Part shown: positions 1-9,107 of the stretch, in pieces
Position numbering within the stretch: position 1 is the first letter of the stretch
Layout: each line of letters begins with the position of its first letter
Source of the DNA: Spirochaetia bacterium
GTDB taxonomy: Bacteria > Spirochaetota > Spirochaetia > CADAEX01
Length of the DNA: 64,000 nt
Reading direction: 5' to 3'
Assembly: GCA_963662265.2 (NCBI GenBank)
Contig: CAXXHA010000030.1
Span: 1-64,000 of the forward strand
Notes under the pieces: model-generated
Told to the model about the DNA's origin: nothing
Database searches by the model: none
The model's input: only the letters and a program-made list of their open reading frames with translations
Translations under genes and position numbers: made by a program

Positions 1-305
1 ATATTATTAAATCTTACTTTTTTAGGAGGAAACAATTCGCTTTTTATTAATTCTACAACTTTTTTATTTTCTTTGTTTATTTTTTTTATGGGTTCATTAT
101 TAATTATTATTGATTCACATATTTTTTTTAAGTCATCATTTTTTATTTTACTACAAATATACTCAAAATCTGATTCCTTACTATCAGCATAATTAATCAA
201 CCGATCTATTACATTTTTTCTATCATTTTTATATTCATCAATATTGTCTAAAATGAATACATTTCCCAGTAATTTTGCAATTTCTTTATCTTTATTTTTT
301 GCCAC
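1..305 (-). CDS. Cassette-borne hypothetical protein (third cassette), runs off the window edge
   Basis: GTG at 305 with a GAGGTG RBS upstream; frame is open to position 1 (MAKNKDKEIAKLLGNVFILDNIDEY...); not in the ORF track. Confidence 0.65.
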   Translation of the reverse strand, partial: MAKNKDKEIAKLLGNVFILDNIDEYKNDRKNVIDRLINYADSKESDFEYICSKIKNDDLKKICESIIINNEPIKKINKENKKVVELIKSELFPPKKVRFNN

Positions 306-383
306 AAATCACCTCTTTGTGTACTTTTATATTTCTAAAATTTTCAAAAAGCTGGTGTGCCCCATGAAAAGTAGACAACCTAA

Positions 384-1250
384 CTATGCAGCTATTGCTG
401 TTTGCTTTTCATATTCAGCCGGGCTTATATACCCAATTGCTGAATGTTTTCTTTTCCTGTTATAGAATATCTCGATGTATTCAAAAACACCAGCTTTTAA
501 TTCTTCAACGCTCTGATAGTTATTCGGATAAATTAATTCTACTTTCAGTCTGCTGAAAAATGATTCCATTGGGGCATTATCCCAGCAGTTTCCTCTTCTA
601 CTCATACTTAGCAGACAACCTTTTGATTGTGCAAAATCTATATATTTTTGAGCACGGTACTGTACTCCCCGATCTGAATGAAGTATTAATCCTTCAGAAA
701 ATCCTCTTCTTCCGAATGCTATCGATAATGCTTCAATTACAAGATTTTCCGTCATACTTGTATCTAATGCCCAGCCAACTATTTTTCTTGAATATAGATC
801 CATAACTGTGGCCAAATACATCCACTTGTTTCTTACCCAAATATATGTAATATCTGTAGTCCATTTTTTATTAGGATTATCTGCAGTAAAATCTCTCCAC
901 AATATGTTATCTGATACATTATTCATTGACTGGCTTTTCCGGCTATACTTAAACCCCTTACCATTCAAAGCCTTTATATCATTCTCTTGCATAATTTTAG
1001 CTATGAAGTTTGTTGAACATTTCCAGCCAAGTGAATTTAATTCTTCTGCTATTCTCCTTGAACCATAACGGGCTTTAAATGCCTCATAAGTATTTTTAAT
1101 CAGTTCTTCTATTTTCTCTTTATATTGATGTCTCTTTCCTGGTTTTCTATTTATCCACTTATAATATCCGGATCTGGAAACTCCAGGACTCTACACATCA
1201 GTGATATTTCATATTGACCTGTAAATTGATGCATTAATGCGTACTTCACT
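384..1250 (-). CDS. IS3 transposase OrfB (DDE core); apparent 1-bp indel near 1180
   Basis: W-T-T-D-I-T-Y, LHSDRGVQY and GNCWDNAPMESFF motifs; the N-terminal MCRVL..VSRSGYY motif is split between frames. Confidence 0.9.
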
Positions 1251-1554
1251 TCTGGTCGTTCGCAAAGTACGCAGCAGCTTTTTTTAAGAATTCTATTTCA
1301 TCTTTTAATTTCTTATTTTCTCTGCGTAGTTTTCTTACTTCTTCACTTTCATTTTTTGAATAATCAACTCCATTTAAGGAATTAAATTGTTTATCGCTTA
1401 GCCTGTTAAATTGACGCTTCCAGTTATAAATTTGCTGGGCGCTTATCCCCAGTTCTTCTGCTACTTTAGCTGCAGAACTACCCTCTTTTTCTGATCGTTT
1501 TACAGCTTCTCTTCTAAACTCTTCGGTATACGCCTGTACCTTTTTTCTTGCCAT
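1246..1554 (-). CDS. IS3 transposase OrfA (HTH)
   Basis: YTEEFRREAV, HTH, coiled coil, LKKAAAYF C-terminus; A7G slippery site at 1278-1285. Confidence 0.92.
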   Translation of the reverse strand: MARKKVQAYTEEFRREAVKRSEKEGSSAAKVAEELGISAQQIYNWKRQFNRLSDKQFNSLNGVDYSKNESEEVRKLRRENKKLKDEIEFLKKAAAYFANDQK

Positions 1555-1620
1555 TTGACACTCCCCTTATAATTATAATCTAACTATAGTTGGTGTCCAC
1601 TTTTTGTGGGGCAGTCCGAA

Positions 1621-1728
1621 GCATAACGCCCAGTTGAGCTGTTTGACTGCCCCGCCAGGGTTGGCGCGTGTTCTTGCATCAGCAAGAACCGTGACAAAAG
1701 TCAAATCTGCTCCAACTTTTTGTTATGC
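1621..1728 (-). repeat. Integron attC recombination site (108 bp)
   Basis: Minus strand: R'' GCATAAC, 5 nt, L'' GTTGGAGC (8 nt) ... L' GCTCAAC (7 nt), 5 nt, R' GTTATGC; internal TTCTTGC/GCAAGAA hairpin; closely similar to 2811-2910. Confidence 0.92.
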
Positions 1729-2678
1729 TCCATAATTATCTGTATATAATTTTATATACCCTCCAAATACCCAGCCTGATATTTCATTATTTTTATTTTT
1801 ACCCAAGGAAATAACATATCATCTATTGTATAAAGCCAATGGAGTTACTTCGATCATTTCAACTATGTCACCTTCCATTAGATGTCCAACTACTTCTGCA
1901 TCAAGAGTTGGTTTTTCTCTTATCCTCAAACGATTAGTTTTTGATGCTCCATATGTTTTTATTGAAAATTTATATTTAATATTTAATGCATTATTTTCTT
2001 TTAGTATTTTTACATAATTAGATTTTTCTCCATGATTTTTTGTTGCTATTGATAATGGAGTCATAAAATTATTCAAATGATTTACAATATCAATTTTTGC
2101 TCCATATTTTATAAGTAACTTCATAGCATCATAATTAGACCATTTTATGGATAAAATTAAAGGAGTATCATAAGAAACATTCATATTAATATAATCTGGA
2201 TCATATTCTAATTCTAAACATGTCTTGAGAAATAAGTTATTCCCATAATATATTGCTTTACTAATGAAATAACTAAAATCTTCATCACTTTGATTTCCAT
2301 TATAAAAGGATCAGCACCATAATCTAATAATACCTTAACCAGTTTTTCATTATTCTGTTCAGAAGCAAAATATAAAGGGTATCCGATTTGTGAATAATTA
2401 TAATTCAAATCAATATTTTGAATTATAAATAATTCTATTATTTCAATATTTCCAGATTCTAAGGCAATATGAAATATATTTTTATTATTTTTTTCATTAT
2501 CAAGAAATGGATTTAATCCATTTTGAAAATATTTCAATAATTGACTTACATTTCCAGATATTATTGCATCTTTTGCTTTTTTGTATTCTAAATTATCTGA
2601 ATATATATTATTTAAACCTATAAAATAAAAAAGAAAGAAAATTATTATTTTTTTATTAATTATTTTACTTTTTAACAC
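1723..2678 (-). pseudogene. Cassette gene: exported ankyrin-repeat + bacterial SH3 protein, split by frameshifts (possibly assembly errors)
   Basis: ORFs 2214-2678 and 1819-2184 carry ankyrin motifs and LRIREKP; another frame ends WVKI..SGWVFGGYI..YGA-TAA with the stop inside attC R''. Confidence 0.75.
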
Positions 2679-2810
2679 TATATATCCCCCACATTTTTAT
2701 ATATGAAATAGGTTTTCATAATTTTTAAATCATTATTTTATTAATATTACTATAAATGTTTATTTTTGTATAAATATTAATTCTTTTTCATCTCTTTCCC
2801 CGAAGGGGGT

Positions 2811-2910
2811 GCATAACGCCAAGTTGAGCTGTTTGGCGTCAAATGGCGCGTATTCTTGCGCATGCAAGAATCGTGACCATAGCCAAATCTGCTCCAACTT
2901 TTTGTTATCT
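2811..2910 (-). repeat. Integron attC recombination site (100 bp)
   Basis: Minus strand: AGATAAC-AAAAA-GTTGGAGC ... GCTCAAC-TTGGC-GTTATGC; the cassette ORF stop codon overlaps R''. Confidence 0.92.
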
Positions 2911-3920
2911 ATTCAATATATTCGTCGAAAACATAATCTTTCAATGTTTGGTCTAATTTTAATGCTTTTAAATATAATTCTTTTGCTTTTTCTTTATTTC
3001 CTTTATCATGTTCAATTTTAGCTAATACAATAAAAGCTTTTGGATCTGGATTATTCATTTCAACGGCTTTTTCCAATCTTTTATAGCCTTTTCATTTTCA
3101 TTGATTTCATCATATTCAGAACCACGATTATAATAAATATCTGCCCTATCTGTATCTTTTTCCAATATCATTGAATAATCTTTTATTGCTTTTTGTGTTC
3201 ACCGATTCGGCTGTATGATAAAGCTCGATCATGTAATGCATCTATATTGTTTTTTTCTTTTTCCAAATAATCAGTATACATTTGTATAGCATCATTATAT
3301 TTTTCAATTGAATTATATGCATAACCAAGAAAATATAATAATTCCGAATCACTATTGTCTATATTGTATGCTTCTTTCAAATATTGAATTGCTTTTTCAT
3401 ATTTCTTTTCATCAAATAATATTAATCCATATCTTCTTTTATAATGATATTCTGATAATCCTTGTTTGTATGATTTATATATTAATTTAGTAGCTTTTTC
3501 ATATTTTCTATTCTTATGTTCTATTTTTGCTAATTCATATTTATAAATCCATTATGAGGATAAATCGTAGATAGTATGAAAATAATTGGTTTATGTTCAA
3601 ATGTTTTTATATATTTAAAATAATCAAAAAGCATGTAAATTGCAGCTGCAAGTAAGATAATACTGCTAATTTCAATTTTTCCTAAATTATTAATAATTAT
3701 TCCAGGTATTGAAAAGATCAAAAAATAAAAAACCTGCTATAAATATTTTATTATTTTCTATGAAATAAAATAAAAAAGATAGTAAAAGTAATAATTCAGA
3801 TGATTTGATGAAAATAATACTAGGTGAAATTGTATTTTTGAATATTTTCAGCATAATATCCATGATTTTTAAAATAATTAATATACTAAATATAATTTTA
3901 TATGTTTTCTTTTTTATCAT
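2909..3920 (-). pseudogene. Cassette gene: N-terminal membrane region + TPR repeats, fragmented by frameshifts
   Basis: Hydrophobic ORFs 3690-3920 and 3530-3721; TPR fragment 3183-3380; terminal frame GNKEKAKELYLKALKLD...IE-TAG ends at attC R''. Confidence 0.7.
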
Positions 3921-3988
3921 TTTTTATCCTACTTTTAATTTTATCATATATTGAAACATTTTTCGTTATTTTCTCCCCCCGAAGGGGT

Positions 3989-4030
3989 AGATAACATACT
4001 ACATTCAACAGTTTTATCTTGTTTATTATC
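3989..4030 (-). other. Putative attI (primary cassette insertion site)
   Basis: GTTATCT core (3995-3989) is the exact complement of the first cassette's R'' AGATAAC; no attC L boxes upstream; marks the composition boundary. Confidence 0.65.
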
Positions 4031-4119
4031 TTCCCAAACACTACAAAACAGCTGTTCTGAAAAAACAACACAAAAACTGTTGTTCCGCCCATGATGCATG
4101 CTGCATATCACAACAGAAC

Positions 4120-4149
4120 ATTATATCACAAGTTATCTGCTAGTAACAA
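4120..4149 (-). promoter_or_regulatory. Putative cassette-array promoter (Pc-like)
   Basis: TTGTTA-N18-TATAAT with extended -10 TGnTATAAT, pointing into the array. Confidence 0.6.
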
Positions 4150-5034
4150 ACTTTATAAAGGAAGAGTCCTCTGGCAGGGGCTGTAGGGCCGGCTAATGAC
4201 CTGTCTGTCGCTTCAAGTATTTCCTTCATTCTCCCTCCGTCATCACCTTTTGCGTAAAGGTCAAGGACAGTGCCTGTTATGGAGCGCACCATTTTGCGGA
4301 GAAAAGCGCTTCCCTGAAATCTTGAAGACTATATAGGGGTATTCTGAATAGAAGGAGGCAGAGTATATTTCCCTTGTCATGGAAACACCCTCCTCCATTG
4401 GAGCTGAGAAAGTGGTAAAGTCATGTATACCGGTAAGAGGCGAAACTATTTTGTTCAACTTTTTTATATCAAGACTGTCCCTTACATAATGGCAGTAATT
4501 GTTCTGCCAGGGGAATGGTGTATTTCCTGAAGATATGTAATACCTGTATATCCTCTCCCTTGCGTCATAACGTGAATGAAAAGCATTATCAACTTCTTCA
4601 CTTTTCATAATCCTTATGTCTCTGGGAAGGAGTGAGTTGAGGGCAAGTGAGAAGTTTTCCTCAGGGATTGATTTTAAGTGGGTATGGAAATTTGCGACCT
4701 GTCCCTTTGCATGGACACCTGAATCTGTCCTCCCGGATCCTGTAAGCTTTATTTCCTTCTTATGGATTACAGAGAGCGCCTTTTCTATAGTGCCCTGAAC
4801 AGTGACTTCGTTGTTCTGGATCTGCCATCCGCAGTATTCAGTCCCGTCATATGCAATAGTGAGTTTTATGTTTCTCTTCTGACTAAAGCAAAAGCCGTCT
4901 TCTCTGGTGGTAGTCTCTGATTCGGGTATATTATTTAATCTCTTTTTAAGTGGCTTTTGCCGCTCCGTAAGCTCCCCAGGGGAGCGCGGCTTACTAACCA
5001 CCTGCTCTGCTGGTGGTTGTGAATTACTCATCAA
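4140..5034 (-). CDS. truA: tRNA pseudouridine(38-40) synthase; frameshift near 4308
   Basis: IAYDGTEYCGWQIQ, GSGRTDSGVHA; the alternative frame continues AFLRKMVRSITG...TAPARGLFLYKVCY-TAG at 4140. Confidence 0.92.
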
Positions 5035-5879
5035 ATTCCTTCAGTTCAGTTTTTATCTTGTCAAAAAGGTCTTTAGAGTTGTCAAGAATTGCAGCAGGCT
5101 TGTTTTTCGATGCTTTTCCCATGCCGAAGATACGGGCTATTGTCTTTTTGGCATTTTCAAGCGATGCTTTTCTCCTGACAAGATCATCTGTCGGGCAGAA
5201 TTTATATTCAAGATATGCAGTCATGTAGAGAGATCCGTCATATCCGTAGTTCTTGTCGAGGTCCGGTCCTAGGTTTTTAAGGCCGCTCATTGTCTCTGAT
5301 ACCATCCTGCTCGCCTGCTATTGCCTGCACATAGAAAAATCTCGATTTCCTGTAGAAGAGAGTTGCAAGATAGTCATAGTTTTCTGAAGGGTTTTTTGAA
5401 TGAAGATCATTACACAGCCATGCCGCGCGAAGCGCATATATACCGCTCTTTATGGAGGGGCTCATTATAGGGGTAAAATGGTTAGCAGCCTTCATTGCAT
5501 AGTAATATGAAGCAACCCCCTCTTTTAGTGTACGGGAAGCTGTAAAATCAAGGCCTGGGAGTATTTTAAGTAGCTCAGCCTCTCTTTCCTCGGTTTCAAG
5601 TTTTATTTTATCAGCTATGTCGCTGCTTATTTCAGAAAAATCCGCGCTGTTTGCCGCATAGAGGCAGTGCGGGCAAACTGTCATGTAATAGATAAGGGGA
5701 TTTATTTCTCCGTATTTTTTTGACGGAATATAAAGGCGCCTGAGTTCTGTTGTCAGGTCTCCCGCGTTGAGACGACCTCCCCCTGTCATCATTTCCTCTT
5801 TCTTGAACGATTTGCCGCATACAGGGCACTCGGTTTCAGTTTTTGACAGAAATGTACTTGCCGGTTTTCTTTCTTCCAT
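5024..5879 (-). CDS. DUF2225-family Zn-finger protein (spirochaete conserved), frameshift near 5290
   Basis: CPVC and VCPHCLYA motifs; overlapping ORFs 5277-5879 and 5024-5305 (GPDLDKNYGYDG). Confidence 0.75.
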
Positions 5880-5924
5880 TTTTTTACCTGTTTAAATACA
5901 AAATTGAATATTATTGCATTTGTT

Positions 5925-6296
5925 TTATTTCTCGATTATAACAACAGCAACTGCATTGTCCCTTTCATGCGTTAGTGACAGGTGCATGCTTTTGCCTCCC
6001 ATTTTCTCAAACGCTGATTTTGCTTTTCCATATACCCTGATATCAGGTTTTCCGTTATGGTTGTTCTCCACCTGGATTTCCTTGAGAGATATTCCCATAA
6101 GACCTGTGCCGAGCGCTTTACCGAAAGCTTCCTTTGCAGCAAACCTTGCAGCAAGTGAAAGATGCATGGAAACTCCCCTTTTTTCTGCATCCTTTATTTC
6201 ATCAGGATGAAAATATCTCTGGACAAGAAGCGGTCTTACAAGCCATTTTTTCATTCTGTCGATGTGTACAATATCAATTCCAATTCCAAGTATCAT
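5925..6296 (-). CDS. acpS: Holo-[acyl-carrier-protein] synthase
   Basis: GIGIDIV, LAARFAAKEAFGKALGTG, LSLTHE. Confidence 0.96.
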   Translation of the reverse strand: MILGIGIDIVHIDRMKKWLVRPLLVQRYFHPDEIKDAEKRGVSMHLSLAARFAAKEAFGKALGTGLMGISLKEIQVENNHNGKPDIRVYGKAKSAFEKMGGKSMHLSLTHERDNAVAVVIIEK

Positions 6297-6298
6297 TA

Positions 6299-7246
6299 TT
6301 ATCTCCTTGTTCTGCTCAAATATACTCGTACAGTCTCAGGTACAAAACTTATCACTTTGAGATCTCCTGTTCCTTTAGGAACAACAGCCATTGTATAAAT
6401 ACCGGTTTCATTTATCTCAGAAAGATCAACTGCAAGTGAAAAATCATCTTTGGTAAGTGTCTCAAGTATTGTCCTTTCAGCTTCAACCTTGAGGCTTCCG
6501 TTCTGCACGTTGAATGCAGCTTCAAATCCTTCAGGAAGGTTGTTTGCAGAGACTTTAACCGGTGCAAAAGTCTTCATTATAAGGCTCTTCTCAATAATCC
6601 CCTTAAACTGGACTTCTTTTCCTGCCAGGAAATTAACCATCTCGTTTTTATAATCAATCCTTACGGGAAGTATGAAGTTTTCAGATCTTCCTGAAAGGTT
6701 TATCTCTTCTGTTCTGAATACCAGTATTTTTTCTATAATCCTGGCAGGCCCTTCCACTGTTAGGTATTCAGGATTGAGAGAATAGTCTGCAAGTTCAAAA
6801 TTCTCTGCAGGGTAGCCCTTTATCTCTGCAACAACATCAACATTGCGTACAAGCTTTTTCTCGATATCAAGCATTATCTCCATCGGCTCTACCCTGATTT
6901 CAAGGGGATCCGCATAAAGAGCGTTGCCTGATCTTTCAATTACAACAGGTTCCCTGTATGAACCTTTTTTCCTGTGCCTTGAGAAGTCTGCATATGCCTT
7001 GAGATCCGCCTCTTCAACCATGAAGATGTTTTCTTCACTTCCCCTTAGAGTTATCCTTACATGTGTCGGATACCGCTCTGAGGCTGTAAAACTGCTTCCT
7101 ATAGACACTTCAAGAGGTATACTTAAGAAACGCTCCTCTGTTGTGTTTATCTTGTAGAAATAAAGAAGAAGGACAGCAAGTGCAAAAGAAAGGACCTTGG
7201 CAGGCCAGTTGTTTAAAAGCCTTTCTGTGATTTTTCTAATCTTCAA
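6299..7246 (-). CDS. cdaR: YbbR/CdaR family regulator of diadenylate cyclase
   Basis: N-terminal NWPAKVLS TM, YbbR-like repeats, overlaps the cdaA stop. Confidence 0.85.
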   Translation of the reverse strand: MKIRKITERLLNNWPAKVLSFALAVLLLYFYKINTTEERFLSIPLEVSIGSSFTASERYPTHVRITLRGSEENIFMVEEADLKAYADFSRHRKKGSYREPVVIERSGNALYADPLEIRVEPMEIMLDIEKKLVRNVDVVAEIKGYPAENFELADYSLNPEYLTVEGPARIIEKILVFRTEEINLSGRSENFILPVRIDYKNEMVNFLAGKEVQFKGIIEKSLIMKTFAPVKVSANNLPEGFEAAFNVQNGSLKVEAERTILETLTKDDFSLAVDLSEINETGIYTMAVVPKGTGDLKVISFVPETVRVYLSRTRR

Positions 7247-8042
7247 GCGTCACCTCTTTTGCCATCTCATCGCTTCCCTCCTTGACAGTAAGGAGCATCT
7301 TGAGAGTTCTTTTCAGTTCTTCATTATCAAGATCATAGTAAAGGCTTCCGTCATTGGCAAGCGATATGGCGCCTGTCTCTTCGCTGACAACAAGCACAAC
7401 AGCATCTGTTGTCTCTGCAAGTCCCAGCGCTGCCCTGTGCCTTGTTCCAAAACTTCTCTTTATATCAAGCTGCTCTGAGAGGGGGAGAAAACAGCCGGCA
7501 GCAACTATTGTGCTTCCCTGCATAACTATTGCCCCGTCATGAAGCGGTGTATCTTTTCCGAATATTGTCAGAATCAGGCTTGAGGAAAGATCTGCATTGA
7601 GCTTTGTCCCTGAATCAATTATATTTTTAAGCCCTATCTGCCTCATAAATACAATCAGGCATCCTCTTCTCATTGTGGATAGTATTTCCGCGGCATTCAT
7701 GACTGATTCAATCTCAAGCGATGTCGATGCTGTTGAAAGGCGGAAGAGCTTCCCCTGGCCGAACCTCGTAAACAGGTTTCTTATTTCCGGCTGAAAAACA
7801 ATAGTTATGATAATAATAAGAACTGTCCCCAGCTTGTTCATTATCCACAGCAGCGCCTCAAGGTTTAGAAAATAGGCAACAGCATAGATCATAGCCATTG
7901 CAACACTTCCCTTTATCAGCTGAACTGCCCTGGTGTGTATGAGTATCTTGTAAACCTGGTAAATGAGGAAAGTTATGACAAGGACATCGAGAAGGGGCCT
8001 TAATATATCTGACGCAAAATGTAGACTTTCCATTAATCTCAA
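7236..8042 (-). CDS. cdaA: Diadenylate cyclase (c-di-AMP synthase)
   Basis: 3 TM helices, VFQPEIR, TPLHDGA, GTRHRAALG, VVSEETG. Confidence 0.95.
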   Translation of the reverse strand: MRLMESLHFASDILRPLLDVLVITFLIYQVYKILIHTRAVQLIKGSVAMAMIYAVAYFLNLEALLWIMNKLGTVLIIIITIVFQPEIRNLFTRFGQGKLFRLSTASTSLEIESVMNAAEILSTMRRGCLIVFMRQIGLKNIIDSGTKLNADLSSSLILTIFGKDTPLHDGAIVMQGSTIVAAGCFLPLSEQLDIKRSFGTRHRAALGLAETTDAVVLVVSEETGAISLANDGSLYYDLDNEELKRTLKMLLTVKEGSDEMAKEVTLED

Positions 8043-8059
8043 AAAAATAACCTCTGTAA

Positions 8060-8887
8060 TTATGCTGAAGTAACAGCCCTGAATATTTTCAGAGAATCTG
8101 CAGTTTCCCTTACATCATGGACCCTCAGTATGTCGGCTCCGTAGCAGGCAGACATTACTCCTGCCGCAATAGAAGATTCAAGACGGTCTTCAGGCTCTTT
8201 CCCTGTAAGCATTCCGAGAAATGATTTTCTGGAATGGCCTATAAGTACAGGATATCCTGATTCCTTAAAAGTTTCTATATTTTTTATTATTGCAAGATTA
8301 TCTTCAAGCCTCTTTCCGAATCCAATCCCCGGGTCAAGGGTAATATGTTCCTTCCTGATGCCTGTCTCAAGTGCATACATGATTCTCTCTTCAAGGTATT
8401 CCTTTATCTCGAAAACTGCATCATTGTAATTCGGGTTGTTCTGCATATCGACAGGAAGTCCTTTCTTGTGCATCATAATAACATCTGCCTTGTGCTTTAC
8501 TATAACCTTTGCAAGTGAAGGATCGTCTGAAAGGGCTGAAATATCATTTATTATATCTGCACCGTTTGTGAGTGCCCGCTCTGCTACTTCAGATTTACGA
8601 GTATCGACAGAGAGGGGAAAATCAGTTTCCTTCCTGAATTCCTTTATAAAGGGAAGAATTCTGCTGATTTCTTCATCAGATTCAACATATTCAGATCCAG
8701 GTCTTGTCGACTCACCGCCGATATCAATAATATCAGCTCCCTCTTCAATCATCATAAATGCTGTATCAAGGGCATCTTTAAGCGCCGATTTCCGGCTCTC
8801 TTCGTAAAATGAATCGGGAGTACAGTTAATAATTCCCATAATAAGGGGCGTATTCCCTTCTTCAAGCAGGTTTCTTATCATTTTCAT
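8060..8887 (-). CDS. folP: Dihydropteroate synthase
   Basis: IMGIINCTPDSF, DIGGESTRPG, DPGIGFGK, SRKSF, LRVHDV. Confidence 0.96.
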   Translation of the reverse strand: MKMIRNLLEEGNTPLIMGIINCTPDSFYEESRKSALKDALDTAFMMIEEGADIIDIGGESTRPGSEYVESDEEISRILPFIKEFRKETDFPLSVDTRKSEVAERALTNGADIINDISALSDDPSLAKVIVKHKADVIMMHKKGLPVDMQNNPNYNDAVFEIKEYLEERIMYALETGIRKEHITLDPGIGFGKRLEDNLAIIKNIETFKESGYPVLIGHSRKSFLGMLTGKEPEDRLESSIAAGVMSACYGADILRVHDVRETADSLKIFRAVTSA

Positions 8888-9107
8888 CCCTAAAAGTATA
8901 AATATAAACCATTCATATAACAATAGCTGTTTTAAAGTTTAATTTTATATATTATTATGGATTAATAATTCTTCTTCATGGTATAAAATGGAGTCAGAAC
9001 TAAACAGCAGTCATATCGTTATATAAGTTACCTGCTGATCATAAACTACAGAAAATCCTGAAATTATCAGGAAAAATATATTTAACAAAATAACTCTGGA
9101 GATACAG

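Larger units (their letters stand above)
353..1618 (-). mobile_element. IS3-family insertion sequence (1266 bp) with 4-bp target duplication AAGC
   Basis: Imperfect terminal IRs TGGTGTGCCCCATGAAAAGTAGACA (353) and CGGACTGCCCCACAAAAAGTGGACA (minus strand from 1618); AAGC at 349-352 and 1619-1622; orfA/orfB organisation. Confidence 0.93.

Noticed and set aside
1621-2910. Repeated ~100-bp palindromes as CRISPR, REP or terminators
   Set aside because: They are ~1.1 kb apart, each follows one gene, and they show attC R/L box geometry.
2809-3021. 70-aa plus-strand ORF
   Set aside because: It is a translation of the attC site and the antisense of the TPR gene.
3898-4092. 64-aa ORF as integrase remnant or leader protein
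   Set aside because: No tyrosine-recombinase motifs; it spans the attI-like site and hairpins.
4290-5310. Programmed frameshifting in truA and DUF2225
   Set aside because: No slippery site with stimulatory structure; the breaks belong to a local indel cluster more consistent with assembly error.
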